Shown: piece after piece, positions 19,495 to 29,800 of the stretch | How the letters are laid out: every line of letters starts with the position of its first letter | Position numbering within the stretch: position 1 is the stretch's first letter | Virus record (IMG/VR): IMGVR_UViG_3300031977_002862 | Span: 1-64,000 of that record | Source of the DNA: a virus | Strand: one strand, 5' to 3' | DNA length: 64,000 nt | Position numbers and translations under genes: made by a program | The notes under the pieces: model-generated | What the model was told of the DNA's origin: nothing | What the model saw: the letters and a program-made list of their open reading frames with translations, nothing else | Database searches by the model: none

Positions 19495-21297
19495 TTAAGC
19501 AGGATCGCTATAGTTTCTTTCGAGAGCAGAAGTAATAGATATTGTTTGTGTTTCTGTTCTTGAAATTGTACCTGTTGTGCTCGAATATTGAGCATTATTT
19601 AATCCAATTGCTACAAGAGTAACTCCAGCATCTGTTGCTTTTGTTCTTCCTCCATCTTCATTCAAATCATAATCATAAGTAAACTGAATGTTGCCAGTAG
19701 TATTTTTGCTTCTCAAAGACCAAGAACGTGCAGTCCCATCAGTCTCAAAGTCCTGAGGAGCAGTTACAGTAATTACTGTAGCAGTGTGGCTTGCGATAGT
19801 ATAGAAACCTGCATTCGGACCATCTAAGATATAAAGAATTTGTCCGTCTAAATCCCCTGCTTCTGGAGAACCAGTATCGCCCCAACCTGCTCCTGAAACA
19901 GTAAATGTTTTTCCTGACACAGTACCATCACTAGTACCGCTTGCAGCACCTTGAGTCGGAGTAAATGCTTGATAGTGCAGATCTCCTGTAACAGGAATAT
20001 TCTGATCTGGGCTAGCAGCATCATATGTGCCCGAAGATACATAGAAAGCATTTCCAGTACCATAATTACCTGATGGATTGGTAGTGTAGAAAAGGAAGTA
20101 CTTTGAGTTTGGATCATCTACCAAAGTCTGAGAGAAGTTTAAAGTGACCGAAGCACTAAAGGGGAAGTTTCTCTCAGTTCCTGTATTATCAACAAAAGTT
20201 AATCTGTTAATATCATTATTATTATAATCTACAATTGCTACACCACGATAAGGGCTTTCGTCTTCCGCTTGTATAACTGTTTTTAGATTATCACCAACAA
20301 AAGTAAGAAGCGGATCGGCAACTACACCAAACAAGCTTGCTGCACCTGCATCAATGTCAGAAGTTTGCCTTAGCTGATATTGCACAAACATATAAATTTG
20401 TTCAGCAGTAGGATTATCGCCCGCGTTGTCAACATTTGCATCAATTAAAACACCAAAATTATACGAGTTTGCACCAACACTAATTGCTTGATCAGACGTA
20501 TAGTAGGTAATATTCATATCAGTGTAAGGAGCGGAACCTCCAACTGTAGTATCGTTTTCTGTGATCTTAATATCAACCGCTTCTGAGAGTGGGAATCGAT
20601 ATACCTGGTTTGTAACAGTAGTAGCACCAATACTAGTAGTAGTAGAAGCTCCAAAAGTATACCCAACCACTGGACTTTCATCAGGGGCTGATCGAATGTA
20701 TGTTGTCAATACTTTTGCTCTGTTATCATAAGCAGTTGTAATTCCTCCTGGAGCGCCAAAAGCAGGAGCAGTTCCAGAAGTTTCATAAATTTTAATAGCT
20801 TGATTTACAGGACCAAAATATGTAAAGTCTGTTTTGGTAGTATTATCGTCCCAAGCAAAATAAGCTTTGTGATTTGTCTCGATATTTCCGAGAGTAATAA
20901 CTCCCATATATTCTCGAAGAACAGTACCTGCAGAGTCCTTTTCTGCCCAGCCTCCAGTACGAATAAACGAGCGAGTAGCCGTATTTGTATCGTCCGGTCC
21001 CCAACCATTGATAAATTCAAACTGTTCAGCAGTAATTGCTTCCATTGGGAAGGGGTATTTAATTAGATCAGATTCTGTTTTCCAAAGATTTTTTAGAAAA
21101 GAATATAAGCACTGAAGAGTAACTCCATCTGCTGCAACAAGGCTACTGAAGTTTGTGGGAGAGCCTCCAGTATCATCGTCTTGACTTATCAACTCAATAG
21201 TTTTATTGGTAAGATTCAAGAAAACTTCTCCATCAGGAGTTCCTGTAGAGTCGGCACTTGATCTTGCTAATAAATCTGGATCTGTAATAATTGCCAT
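19495..21297 (-). CDS. Putative virion structural protein (600 aa)
   Basis: T/G/D-rich; GVTLQCLYSFLK..W, YPFPM, IRTGGW; followed by a terminator. Confidence 0.65.
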   Translation of the reverse strand: MAIITDPDLLARSSADSTGTPDGEVFLNLTNKTIELISQDDDTGGSPTNFSSLVAADGVTLQCLYSFLKNLWKTESDLIKYPFPMEAITAEQFEFINGWGPDDTNTATRSFIRTGGWAEKDSAGTVLREYMGVITLGNIETNHKAYFAWDDNTTKTDFTYFGPVNQAIKIYETSGTAPAFGAPGGITTAYDNRAKVLTTYIRSAPDESPVVGYTFGASTTTSIGATTVTNQVYRFPLSEAVDIKITENDTTVGGSAPYTDMNITYYTSDQAISVGANSYNFGVLIDANVDNAGDNPTAEQIYMFVQYQLRQTSDIDAGAASLFGVVADPLLTFVGDNLKTVIQAEDESPYRGVAIVDYNNNDINRLTFVDNTGTERNFPFSASVTLNFSQTLVDDPNSKYFLFYTTNPSGNYGTGNAFYVSSGTYDAASPDQNIPVTGDLHYQAFTPTQGAASGTSDGTVSGKTFTVSGAGWGDTGSPEAGDLDGQILYILDGPNAGFYTIASHTATVITVTAPQDFETDGTARSWSLRSKNTTGNIQFTYDYDLNEDGGRTKATDAGVTLVAIGLNNAQYSSTTGTISRTETQTISITSALERNYSDPA

Positions 21298-21327
21298 TTT
21301 AAATTCCTAAGACTATATAGTCCTTGC

Positions 21328-23004
21328 CTATGAAGTAGGCGGTGTATCATCGTTATAATTTCTGTCAGATATTTGAAATAGTTGAAGAGAAGTATTCTCG
21401 GATGCTAATAACGTAATATCTGTAGAAAAATAATTATACGCAGTATTATGAGCAACTACTCTAACTGGTATGTTTCCAGCAGTTGAGTCATAGTTATATA
21501 TAGCGGTTATTGATCCATCACTTTCTTCTACTATCGAATCAAAAGTGCTGGAAGTAGGCGGAGAAGCTGCTAATTCTACTCCAGCTTCTTCCGTGTAAGT
21601 GCTGGGATCTGTAATATCTGTATAGCTGTAAACTCTTAATTCTGTATTTGGCTTAATATTTCTAATAGTAAAGCTTCTGGTTTGAATTATATTTACAGTT
21701 GAGCCAGTAGTAGAAAGAGTTCCTGTATCCCCAAGACCTCCTCCAACTAATGTTACATTTACAGTACCTCCACTAGTATTATTAAAAGCTTCATTTCCTG
21801 CTGTAGAAGTGAATCCTGTGAAAGTAAAATTAGTTAATGTATAATCTCCAGCCGTATTAAATTCTATTCCTCTGCTTGAACCATCAGAAATTAACTCAAA
21901 TCCTGACTGGTTAGCTATATTTGTAGAGCTATCAATAAGCATAGAACCTGCTGTACTTCTCGTTCCAATAATTTTACAGCCTGTAGCATCTATACCGTCA
22001 AAATCTATCTGTCCACAGTTTGAAAAAGTTACGTTTGTTAGTGTACGGTTTCCCGCGCTTTGAGCAGGATAAGTAATTGCACCAAAATTAATAAAACTAG
22101 TATCAGTAATTTTGCAAATATTATGGTTTGTATCAGAGAAGTCAAAAATTGCTGGTTCTCCAGAAGATACAAATGTACAGTTATCTAGTTCAAAAGAATT
22201 TGTAACACCACTTCCGCCAACTAGTCGTAATTTATGACGTCCTGTACCAAGCCCTGCACCTTTAAAAAATAGCTGAGATCCTGACTCTTTAAAATAAGAA
22301 GCGAGAGTCGGATGTCCCCACTCTATATTTGCTTGAATAGAGTACTGAGTACCGAAGTCTCTGTTTATTATTCCCCAACCATTTGCAGTGTTAAAATCGG
22401 CTGTATAGATGCTATCCATATCTATCTCTGTGCCGACACCTCCACCATCTATTCTAAAGTCGTAAGTAGTTGCTGGATTACTTGCTCGAATTACATCAAA
22501 GAATGCATTATTTACAGAGCCTCGAGCACTAACTGCGTGTATCGTACCATATCCTAATTCAGTAATTGAACTAGTATTTAAACTAGCTTCTGAGCCTGCA
22601 TATGTTGTAAAACTAGTAGGAACATTTGAGAGATCTAACCTATAAGCTACATATGCTCCGTATAATACTAGACCAATATTATCAACTCCTCCTACATGAT
22701 ACCCAATTCGATTTGTGCCATCACCAACAACTACTTGAATACCCCCTAAAGATTCTGTGGCAATAAGATTATCTTTTACTAGTAGAGTAACGATTTCTCC
22801 GTTTGTAAGAGAAATACTTCCAGTAGTTGCTCCATCTCTTAAAGTACCTGTATATACGGCAATTGAAGAATTACTTGCTTGAAAAGCGATAGCTCCGGAA
22901 CCCTCATATATAAGTTCTGAATCAAGGTCGGTAGTGTTTCCTCCAGGAGTCCAGTCACCGTCGTTTTCACAGTCATTTTGTACTGATCTTAAATCGGTAG
23001 CCAT
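21328..23004 (-). CDS. Putative virion structural protein with beta-helix-like segment (558 aa)
   Basis: LDNCTF, LTNVTFSNCG, LTNFTFTG repeats typical of right-handed beta helices. Confidence 0.6.
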   Translation of the reverse strand: MATDLRSVQNDCENDGDWTPGGNTTDLDSELIYEGSGAIAFQASNSSIAVYTGTLRDGATTGSISLTNGEIVTLLVKDNLIATESLGGIQVVVGDGTNRIGYHVGGVDNIGLVLYGAYVAYRLDLSNVPTSFTTYAGSEASLNTSSITELGYGTIHAVSARGSVNNAFFDVIRASNPATTYDFRIDGGGVGTEIDMDSIYTADFNTANGWGIINRDFGTQYSIQANIEWGHPTLASYFKESGSQLFFKGAGLGTGRHKLRLVGGSGVTNSFELDNCTFVSSGEPAIFDFSDTNHNICKITDTSFINFGAITYPAQSAGNRTLTNVTFSNCGQIDFDGIDATGCKIIGTRSTAGSMLIDSSTNIANQSGFELISDGSSRGIEFNTAGDYTLTNFTFTGFTSTAGNEAFNNTSGGTVNVTLVGGGLGDTGTLSTTGSTVNIIQTRSFTIRNIKPNTELRVYSYTDITDPSTYTEEAGVELAASPPTSSTFDSIVEESDGSITAIYNYDSTAGNIPVRVVAHNTAYNYFSTDITLLASENTSLQLFQISDRNYNDDTPPTS

Positions 23005-23372
23005 TACGAAGTACTACGAGTAATATCCTTCACTACTTTTACTTTTCCGATTAGAAGTGTCTGGACATTTCCTGAACCGTCTACCTGCTGAACATCATAA
23101 TTATATGTCTTTGCAGATAAAGCATTCGTCACAGTTTTACTCGCAGTAATATATACAATACCTTGAGAGGCTTGAGACGGATTTCCAGAAGTATCTGGAG
23201 TAGCAGTAACCTGCAAATCTCCTGGGTCTGCTTCATCAATATTATCTTTGAGAGTAAACCAGTAGGTATACCCAGTAATATCGAGAGCAGAACCCCCAGA
23301 AGTAATTGCGAGTTTAATAGTCCAGTCATCCCCACGAACAAGAGGAGACAGATCTCGTGCTGTATAAGACAT
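23004..23372 (-). CDS. BppU-like baseplate/collar protein (position of T5 p132)
   Basis: RGDDW, DITGYT..FT.K, YNYDVQ, L.GKVKV..DIT pattern. Confidence 0.7.
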   Translation of the reverse strand: MSYTARDLSPLVRGDDWTIKLAITSGGSALDITGYTYWFTLKDNIDEADPGDLQVTATPDTSGNPSQASQGIVYITASKTVTNALSAKTYNYDVQQVDGSGNVQTLLIGKVKVVKDITRSTS

Positions 23373-23430
23373 AGAATTTTATTTCCGGAAATCCTGTTTC
23401 AGCAAAGTGAAACTTTAGATATATGGAAAG

Positions 23431-23459
23431 ATTATAGCAACAGAACAGTATAATGTCAA
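23431..23459 (-). promoter_or_regulatory. Consensus sigma70 promoter driving the appendage cassette
   Basis: Minus strand AAAATAAATC-TTGACA-17 bp-TATAAT. Confidence 0.88.
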
Positions 23460-23462
23460 GAT

Positions 23463-23627
23463 TTATTTTTTGCGGGCTTTACGTTTTCGTCGAACCGTTT
23501 TAGCCTTCAAACCTCTTAATAATTTTACCATTCTTCCAGCAGCCGCCTTTGACTTTGCTGTAGCTTTTTTAACCCAGCGCCCGCGTTTTTTGACGAGCAC
23601 TGTATTTCCCGACACTTTATAAGGCAT
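23463..23627 (-). CDS. Small highly basic protein (54 aa)
   Basis: ATG at 23627: MPYKVSGNTVLVKKRGRWVKKATAKSKAAAGRMVKLLRGLKAKTVRRKRKARKK. Confidence 0.6.
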   Translation of the reverse strand: MPYKVSGNTVLVKKRGRWVKKATAKSKAAAGRMVKLLRGLKAKTVRRKRKARKK

Positions 23628-23628
23628 T

Positions 23629-23880
23629 TTAATCCGTCCAGATAGCCGCTGCAATCGTTTGTACTAAAGGATCATGCCGTGATACGTCCGTCGGTGTTTC
23701 CGTAACGCTTCCTCCGTTCTCCGTATAAGTGGTAGTCTGGTATAGCTGAACAACGCGCTGAGATTCATGAGGTAGCTGGTCATCTTCTGGGTCGTCAAAA
23801 ACGTCGTTATAAACCACCATCATTCTCTTGTCGGGGTAGACTTCTACGCGTTGAACAGTTGTTGTTTTAGTTATTGCCAT
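23629..23880 (-). CDS. Putative tail-fibre assembly/chaperone protein
   Basis: MAITKTTTVQRVEV...DVS.HDPLVQTIAAAIWT; immediately downstream of the fibre gene. Confidence 0.55.
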   Translation of the reverse strand: MAITKTTTVQRVEVYPDKRMMVVYNDVFDDPEDDQLPHESQRVVQLYQTTTYTENGGSVTETPTDVSRHDPLVQTIAAAIWTD

Positions 23881-26800
23881 TTAATTTCTCCTTAATTATA
23901 GCTTTTAGCTCTTCTATTTGTTCCTGTTGTTCTTTTATAGCCTCGATTAGTACAGGAATAATTTTTTGGTGCTGTACCGTCAAATAATTGTCATCGAAAG
24001 GCGCAGGCACTACAGCGTCTGGAATGACCTCTTGAACTTCCTGAGCGATAACACCAGTCTCATGGCGCACAGAAGGATTGAAGCCTTTTTCTTCAACGTC
24101 ATCACGCCAATCAAACTCTACGCCACGAAGTAGTTGGACTTTTTCGAGTGCGCTTTCAATCGGCTTAATGTTAGTTTTTAAACGAGCATCAGATGCATAA
24201 GCAGTTATGTTGCCAGTGGTTTGGATGTCTCCGCCAGAGTAGACTCGAAATACTACACTTCCAGCAACATTGTTTACCGCTATATAATTTGAAACGCCTG
24301 TGGCAAAACCGTTATATTCTATACTCATGCCCGACGTTAAACCTGTTGCCGTACTTTCGGAAAATTGCAACACAGGACGAGTAGAGTTAGAACCAAGAGT
24401 TAGAACCGTCGTTTGTGTATTCGAGGTTCCAGCTTTGTAAAAGTAGCCGGTTACTCCTGTTATATTACGACTAGAATCAATGACAGTTGTTCCGCCCATC
24501 TTGAGTGAAGTGCCTAGCCATAAGTCCTGCCAATACTTGTCAGTGCGGCCGAGATCAATTGAATTACTTACTGACGGAGAAAATCCCCCTGAAACCAGTA
24601 ACTGCCCTGCACTTGGGCTAAGATTGATAGTGTCGGAGTCTCTAATTAAATCAATATGAGAGCCATAGGTAGAGTTGGTAATTATTACTTTATCTGTAAA
24701 CGTTGAAGTTCCATTTGCGTTCAGGGTCAAAGAATTAGTTCCTGACGTTCCACCTGATATAGAGTCTGATGTTGCGTTTACCCAAAACCTTAAAAAACCG
24801 TTTGCGCTTGTATTTCCAGCTAAAATGTTGTTTTCACCGTTATTACCGAGATGCAATGTTCTCCAATCAACAAGCCCTCTATAGTTAGTAGAGCTTGCTT
24901 GATAGTTCATTATTAAAGCGCCGACCCCACTTCCGCCATTCAGAGTGAAAGAACCAGAATCGACGGATGAATTTCCCTTCATTGTAAGTGGATGATTTAA
25001 ATAGCTATGACTTCTGTAATATCCCTGCCCTCCGCCTAGTATGTCTGCAACGCGGTTTAATTGTTGAGACGCATCAGATTGCCCTGTAATGTCATTCCCA
25101 TTTGCATCTTTGACCATCGCAACGGTTAAGGAAGTGCTTGAGGTTCCTGAGTTATATCCGCTGGTGTAGACAGTAGCGTCTGACTCAGTGTGAAAATAGT
25201 ATGTTTCACCGCCGCGCAGATAGAAGATAATGACATTTGAGCTTGCTGTTCCTCGATACATTCCAAGAATGGTACGCTCGTTGTCTTGGTAGGCGTTGTA
25301 ATGAAAATCATAAGCAAGGGTCATGTCAGACCAGCCCTGACCTCGCGCCCAGCCCACGATCATATTATTATTGTATGGATCGTTACCGCTTTGTGAGTTT
25401 TGGCTGATGACAAAATGATGCGTACTGGTTACGTTGCCTGGATTAGTCAAAACGACTGGATAAAAATTACTCGTGCTAAACGCTGTAAGATTAATTGTTT
25501 TTTGCGTTTTTAAGCGAACATTGGCGCTATTGAGGCTAAGGGCGTTGGTAGTTAAATCCAAGCTGGTTGCACTTATTGTTCCTAGCGTAGCGTTCCCGCT
25601 CGCATCTATCCGTAGCGTTCCATTGCCAGACCCAGTTCGTAATCCGAATACCGCGTTGACGCCAATATCGTCTGTGATCCGCATTTGGAGCTTGTCGCTA
25701 TCTTCGGGTTCGTAAAAATCTAACGCATCGCTATTGGATCGAATGGCAAAGTCTATTCCGGCATCGTTATTACTGAAGTTAATTATTGGGCTCGTTGCCC
25801 CAGTGCTTATCAAGTTAATATTTCTACTGCTATCGATTACCGTACTTCCTCCAACTCGATAACCGTTTAACACGTCAACGTAACCAGCGGCAGATCCATC
25901 ACTCGCATAGCTGGTGCCAGCGTATAGGCTTTCGACTCTAATGCCTTGTGCGGAAGAGCCATCTAGGACTGAGATTTTGTCTGTGGATTGTAGGCTTGCG
26001 GGATAAAACTCGCCAGAACTAGCGATTCTAGTGGTGCCGTTTACAACAAAAGAACCCGGAATGGTAGTGTTGCCGGAACCGTCAAATACAAATTCTTTAT
26101 AAGTCGAGGTGTTTTGTAGACCTGTTCTAAACCTAACACCACCGTCTGTTAGTAAATAAATTTCTTCGCTGTCGGCGTCTGGATTCCATCCGCCTGCATC
26201 CGGATCATAATTTCTACCGATATCTCCTGAGGCAAGAATTAGAGTGTCGTCGGCTGATGCAAGCATCAATCCACCTCGACCCGTTGTTTGCCACAGACCT
26301 CCGTTACCGCTATTACCCATTGAGATAAGCTTTCGTTTATCTCCAGAAACCGTTGGAGAATCTGCTACGTTTTTATCTGGGAATACAATCGTTGCACTAT
26401 CCGTAGTACTACCAACAGTTAATGACCCTGTTAGAGTACCGCCAGTGAGTGGAAGATGTCCTACTTGAGAATAAGTGTAGGCTGTGTTTGCGTTGGTAGA
26501 GCTGCCGCCGGTCCAAGTGACTACACCAAAACCAGTACTCCCGCCTGGTTCAAAAGTTGCGTGAGTACTCCAAGCTGCCGCATTAACCCTTCTCTGTATA
26601 ATTAGAGGGACATCTCCACTACCATTGTCCGGATTAAAAATACGCCAACCGTAGCCATTATTGACATTTGCAGATACAAACTCTAAGCCTGCAGCAGCAT
26701 TCGGCGATCCTTCTGATCCACCTTCTCCGAGCCTAATAAGTCCGTTTTGAGAAGCTTGACCAGTACCGGAAGTAGAATCATTTCCTATAAATAATTGTCC

Positions 26801-29800
26801 TGCTATAATACCTGCAGCATAAGAATCTGCTTGAAAATAATAATACCCCCCTGTATTAAATAGCGCAGTATCATTATAGGTTATAGAATCATTATTATCT
26901 GGAGAAGAAGTCCCCATATAAATAGTACTTGAATAAAGCGTACCTACAAAAGCAGAGGCGTTTACGGTTCCTGTATTCGATACCGAAAACCTAACGGTTA
27001 CACCCGAGTCAGCAATTTTGAAAAGATTAGTACTATCATGCCCCAATAAGGCTCCGTAAGTTCCGCTGTTACTGTCTCTCAAATCAAGCCAGGCATCTGA
27101 GTCTTCACTTTCAAAGATAGCGACGACGTTAGTAGTGCCAGAATTAAAATTAGCAGCAGTAGTATTATTAGCATCTACTGCAAGAGGTCCAGTTAGAGTA
27201 CCACCAGCGAGTGGAAGATGTCCTACTTGAGAATAAGTGTAGGCTGTGTTTGCATTTGTCGAAGACCCACCATCCCACGTAACAGTGTTCGCAACTGTTA
27301 AATTTCCTGCACCCGCGCCTCTGTCAGGAGAACCTGGATGAACATTTATATTTACATTTCCATAAAAAGATGCTGCGAGCGGGTCTGTCCAAGAATTAGA
27401 GCCTCGGCCATGCAAAACAAATGTTGTCCATTCACTGCCTTGATCACTTTCGATAAAAGTTAAATCGTGATCGGGATAAACTGAAGCCGTAGGTATGTTG
27501 CGAATTTTCCAGTTAACGTCTTTCGCTACAGCGTTATTTGTATCCCATCCGCTTGCTCGGAATTCCAATGTTTGCGAGCTATAAGATGTTTCACTAACTG
27601 TCGCTGTGCCCGTTTTTTCTAGTATTATGTTCCCGCTCGCATCGATCCGTTCCGTTCCATCGCCAGACCCAGTTCGTAATCCGAATACCGCGTTGACACC
27701 AGAGTCGTCCGTGATCCGCATATGTAGTTTGTTGGTATCTTCGGGCTCATAAAAGTCTAGCGCTTCAGGCGTTGCTTTTATCGCAAAGTCAACACTACTA
27801 TCAGACGTACCATTGAATGTAATTTCGGGAGTGGCTGTTCCCTCTAGAATTAGAGAGGGGGTAGTTACAGAAGTAGGCGTAATCGCTCCAAGACCAAGAG
27901 TAAAGCTTGCATCCCCAGAAGTAACTGTTGCGCCCCCTGTGATACCATTATTTGTTGTAATGGCAACACCAGTAATATCGGCAGCACCAACAGTCTGGGA
28001 ACCTCCAGAGCCCCCAGGAACAAAACCACCATCGGTCGTCGCGTCTGTAATTGCAATCTCTCTTGCAGTTGTTCCGCTCCACTGATTTTCTGTGGCTACT
28101 CCTGTTCCTGCATAGCTTAATGCAGTTCGAAAATAGTAAGTATCATCTGCGGCTGCTAAAGTAACAGTATCAGTAGCAGTATCAAGAGTAATATATCCAC
28201 TTGCGTCTATACAAGAACTTCCACCAAACTCTACGTTTGCTGTATAAGTTGTAAGAGTTACAAAAAGCTGTTCACCGCCTTCATAGCCGAGATCGATAAT
28301 TTCTGTGTCTTCTGTTTGAACTACTTTATATTGAGTTGAAGTAGGAGTTCCGCTTGTTATTCGAGTAAAAGTTCTTGTATAACTATCTCCTGAAACGGTT
28401 CCGTTTCCGCCGGCTGCAATACTTACTATGGTTGAACCATTAAAAGAAGTATCATCGTCAACATCAAAAGTAATTGTTAAGCTTGTAGGGATTTTTGCGA
28501 GAGTACTTGCAGCACTATCTCCGTTATAACTATATCCTATCGCGGAAAATCCTGCGAAAGCTTTTACTCGAACACGTACAGTTACATTTGAATTATCTAC
28601 TGCTGTTGAAATCGTAGCATACTGGCCAGCAGTATTATGGTTTTCTGCATAAGTTTCTACTTTTGTTTGAGAAACTTGAGCGATTTCTGTAAGAGCAGGA
28701 AATGAGAAGCCTCCGTCATTGCTGTCAAAATATACAGTGCCTTCTGAAGAACGAAGTACTAAATTTCTTGCATTTACTAGGCCATCAGACTTTACAGAAA
28801 AAGTTCCAGAGGTAGGGGTTGATCCCGTATAAAATCTATAATCACCGACTCCGGAAAGACTTGCTGAAGTAGCGCCGGTTCCGGCGGTAATCGTCGTGTC
28901 CGACGCTACAGCTCTTCCTGTTATACTTCCATCAACAATTAAGGAAGAATTTATTCGTAGAGTGTTTCCAAAACTCCATGCGGATCCATCATAAGACCAT
29001 TCAGCCACTTTTGGGGGTGACGATCCATCATATACTAAAACAATGTCTCCGTCAATAGGATTTCTTCCGGCAACGGCAAAAACTTCAGAGTTCGAAGGAG
29101 CGTCTAAATCATCGGGGGAGTTTGCGCTTCTTCTTACTCTCCAATATCCTGGAATAGCGGAAGCGGCTTGAACTTCTTCAATTACTATATTGTCAACTAA
29201 AGTTGTGCCTGCTGCTCCGTTATATTGTACGAGAATGAGAGGTGCGATATATCTTACATTTGGATGTGCTACTGCAGGATCAAGAAAAGTTCTTGAATTA
29301 TAGCCGCCAGCAGAAGCTCCGTGCCCTGAAAAATACCCTTCATATAGAGTCCATGCGTCTGGAATATCTACTCCAACAGCAGCAAAATAGTGCTGACTGC
29401 TGTGGGTATTCGTACCATCTATATTTACAAGAGTTGTTTTGTCTGCTGCAAAACCTCCGAAACCAAAATAAGCAGCTCCACTTCCAGCGGTTTGTCGTGC
29501 AACAACTCTTACTCGATATATTCTTGAAGGATCAAAGGGAATTAATTGCTTTGAAATCAACCATCTTTCATCGTTTCCAGAGTTATTCCCGATTGAGAGA
29601 GAAGTTCCTCCAGAATACGAAGTGGAGGAGAAAGTGATTTCTCCAGCTGCTGTATGGCTTGTCCAATAAGTAAGAAAATCGGCTGAATCTGCGTATTGTT
29701 CAAAATTATCGCGAAGTCGATCTACTACGATTGCTGTAGACTGAATTGTTTCTCCGCCTTCATCCTTTAGGTCTACACCTGCAGTAGCTCCTACAGTCGC

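Noticed and set aside
23867-27762. Diversity-generating retroelement (TR/VR pair) in the fibre
   Set aside because: Both copies are in-frame coding sequence, differences are not confined to adenines, and no reverse transcriptase is present in the window.
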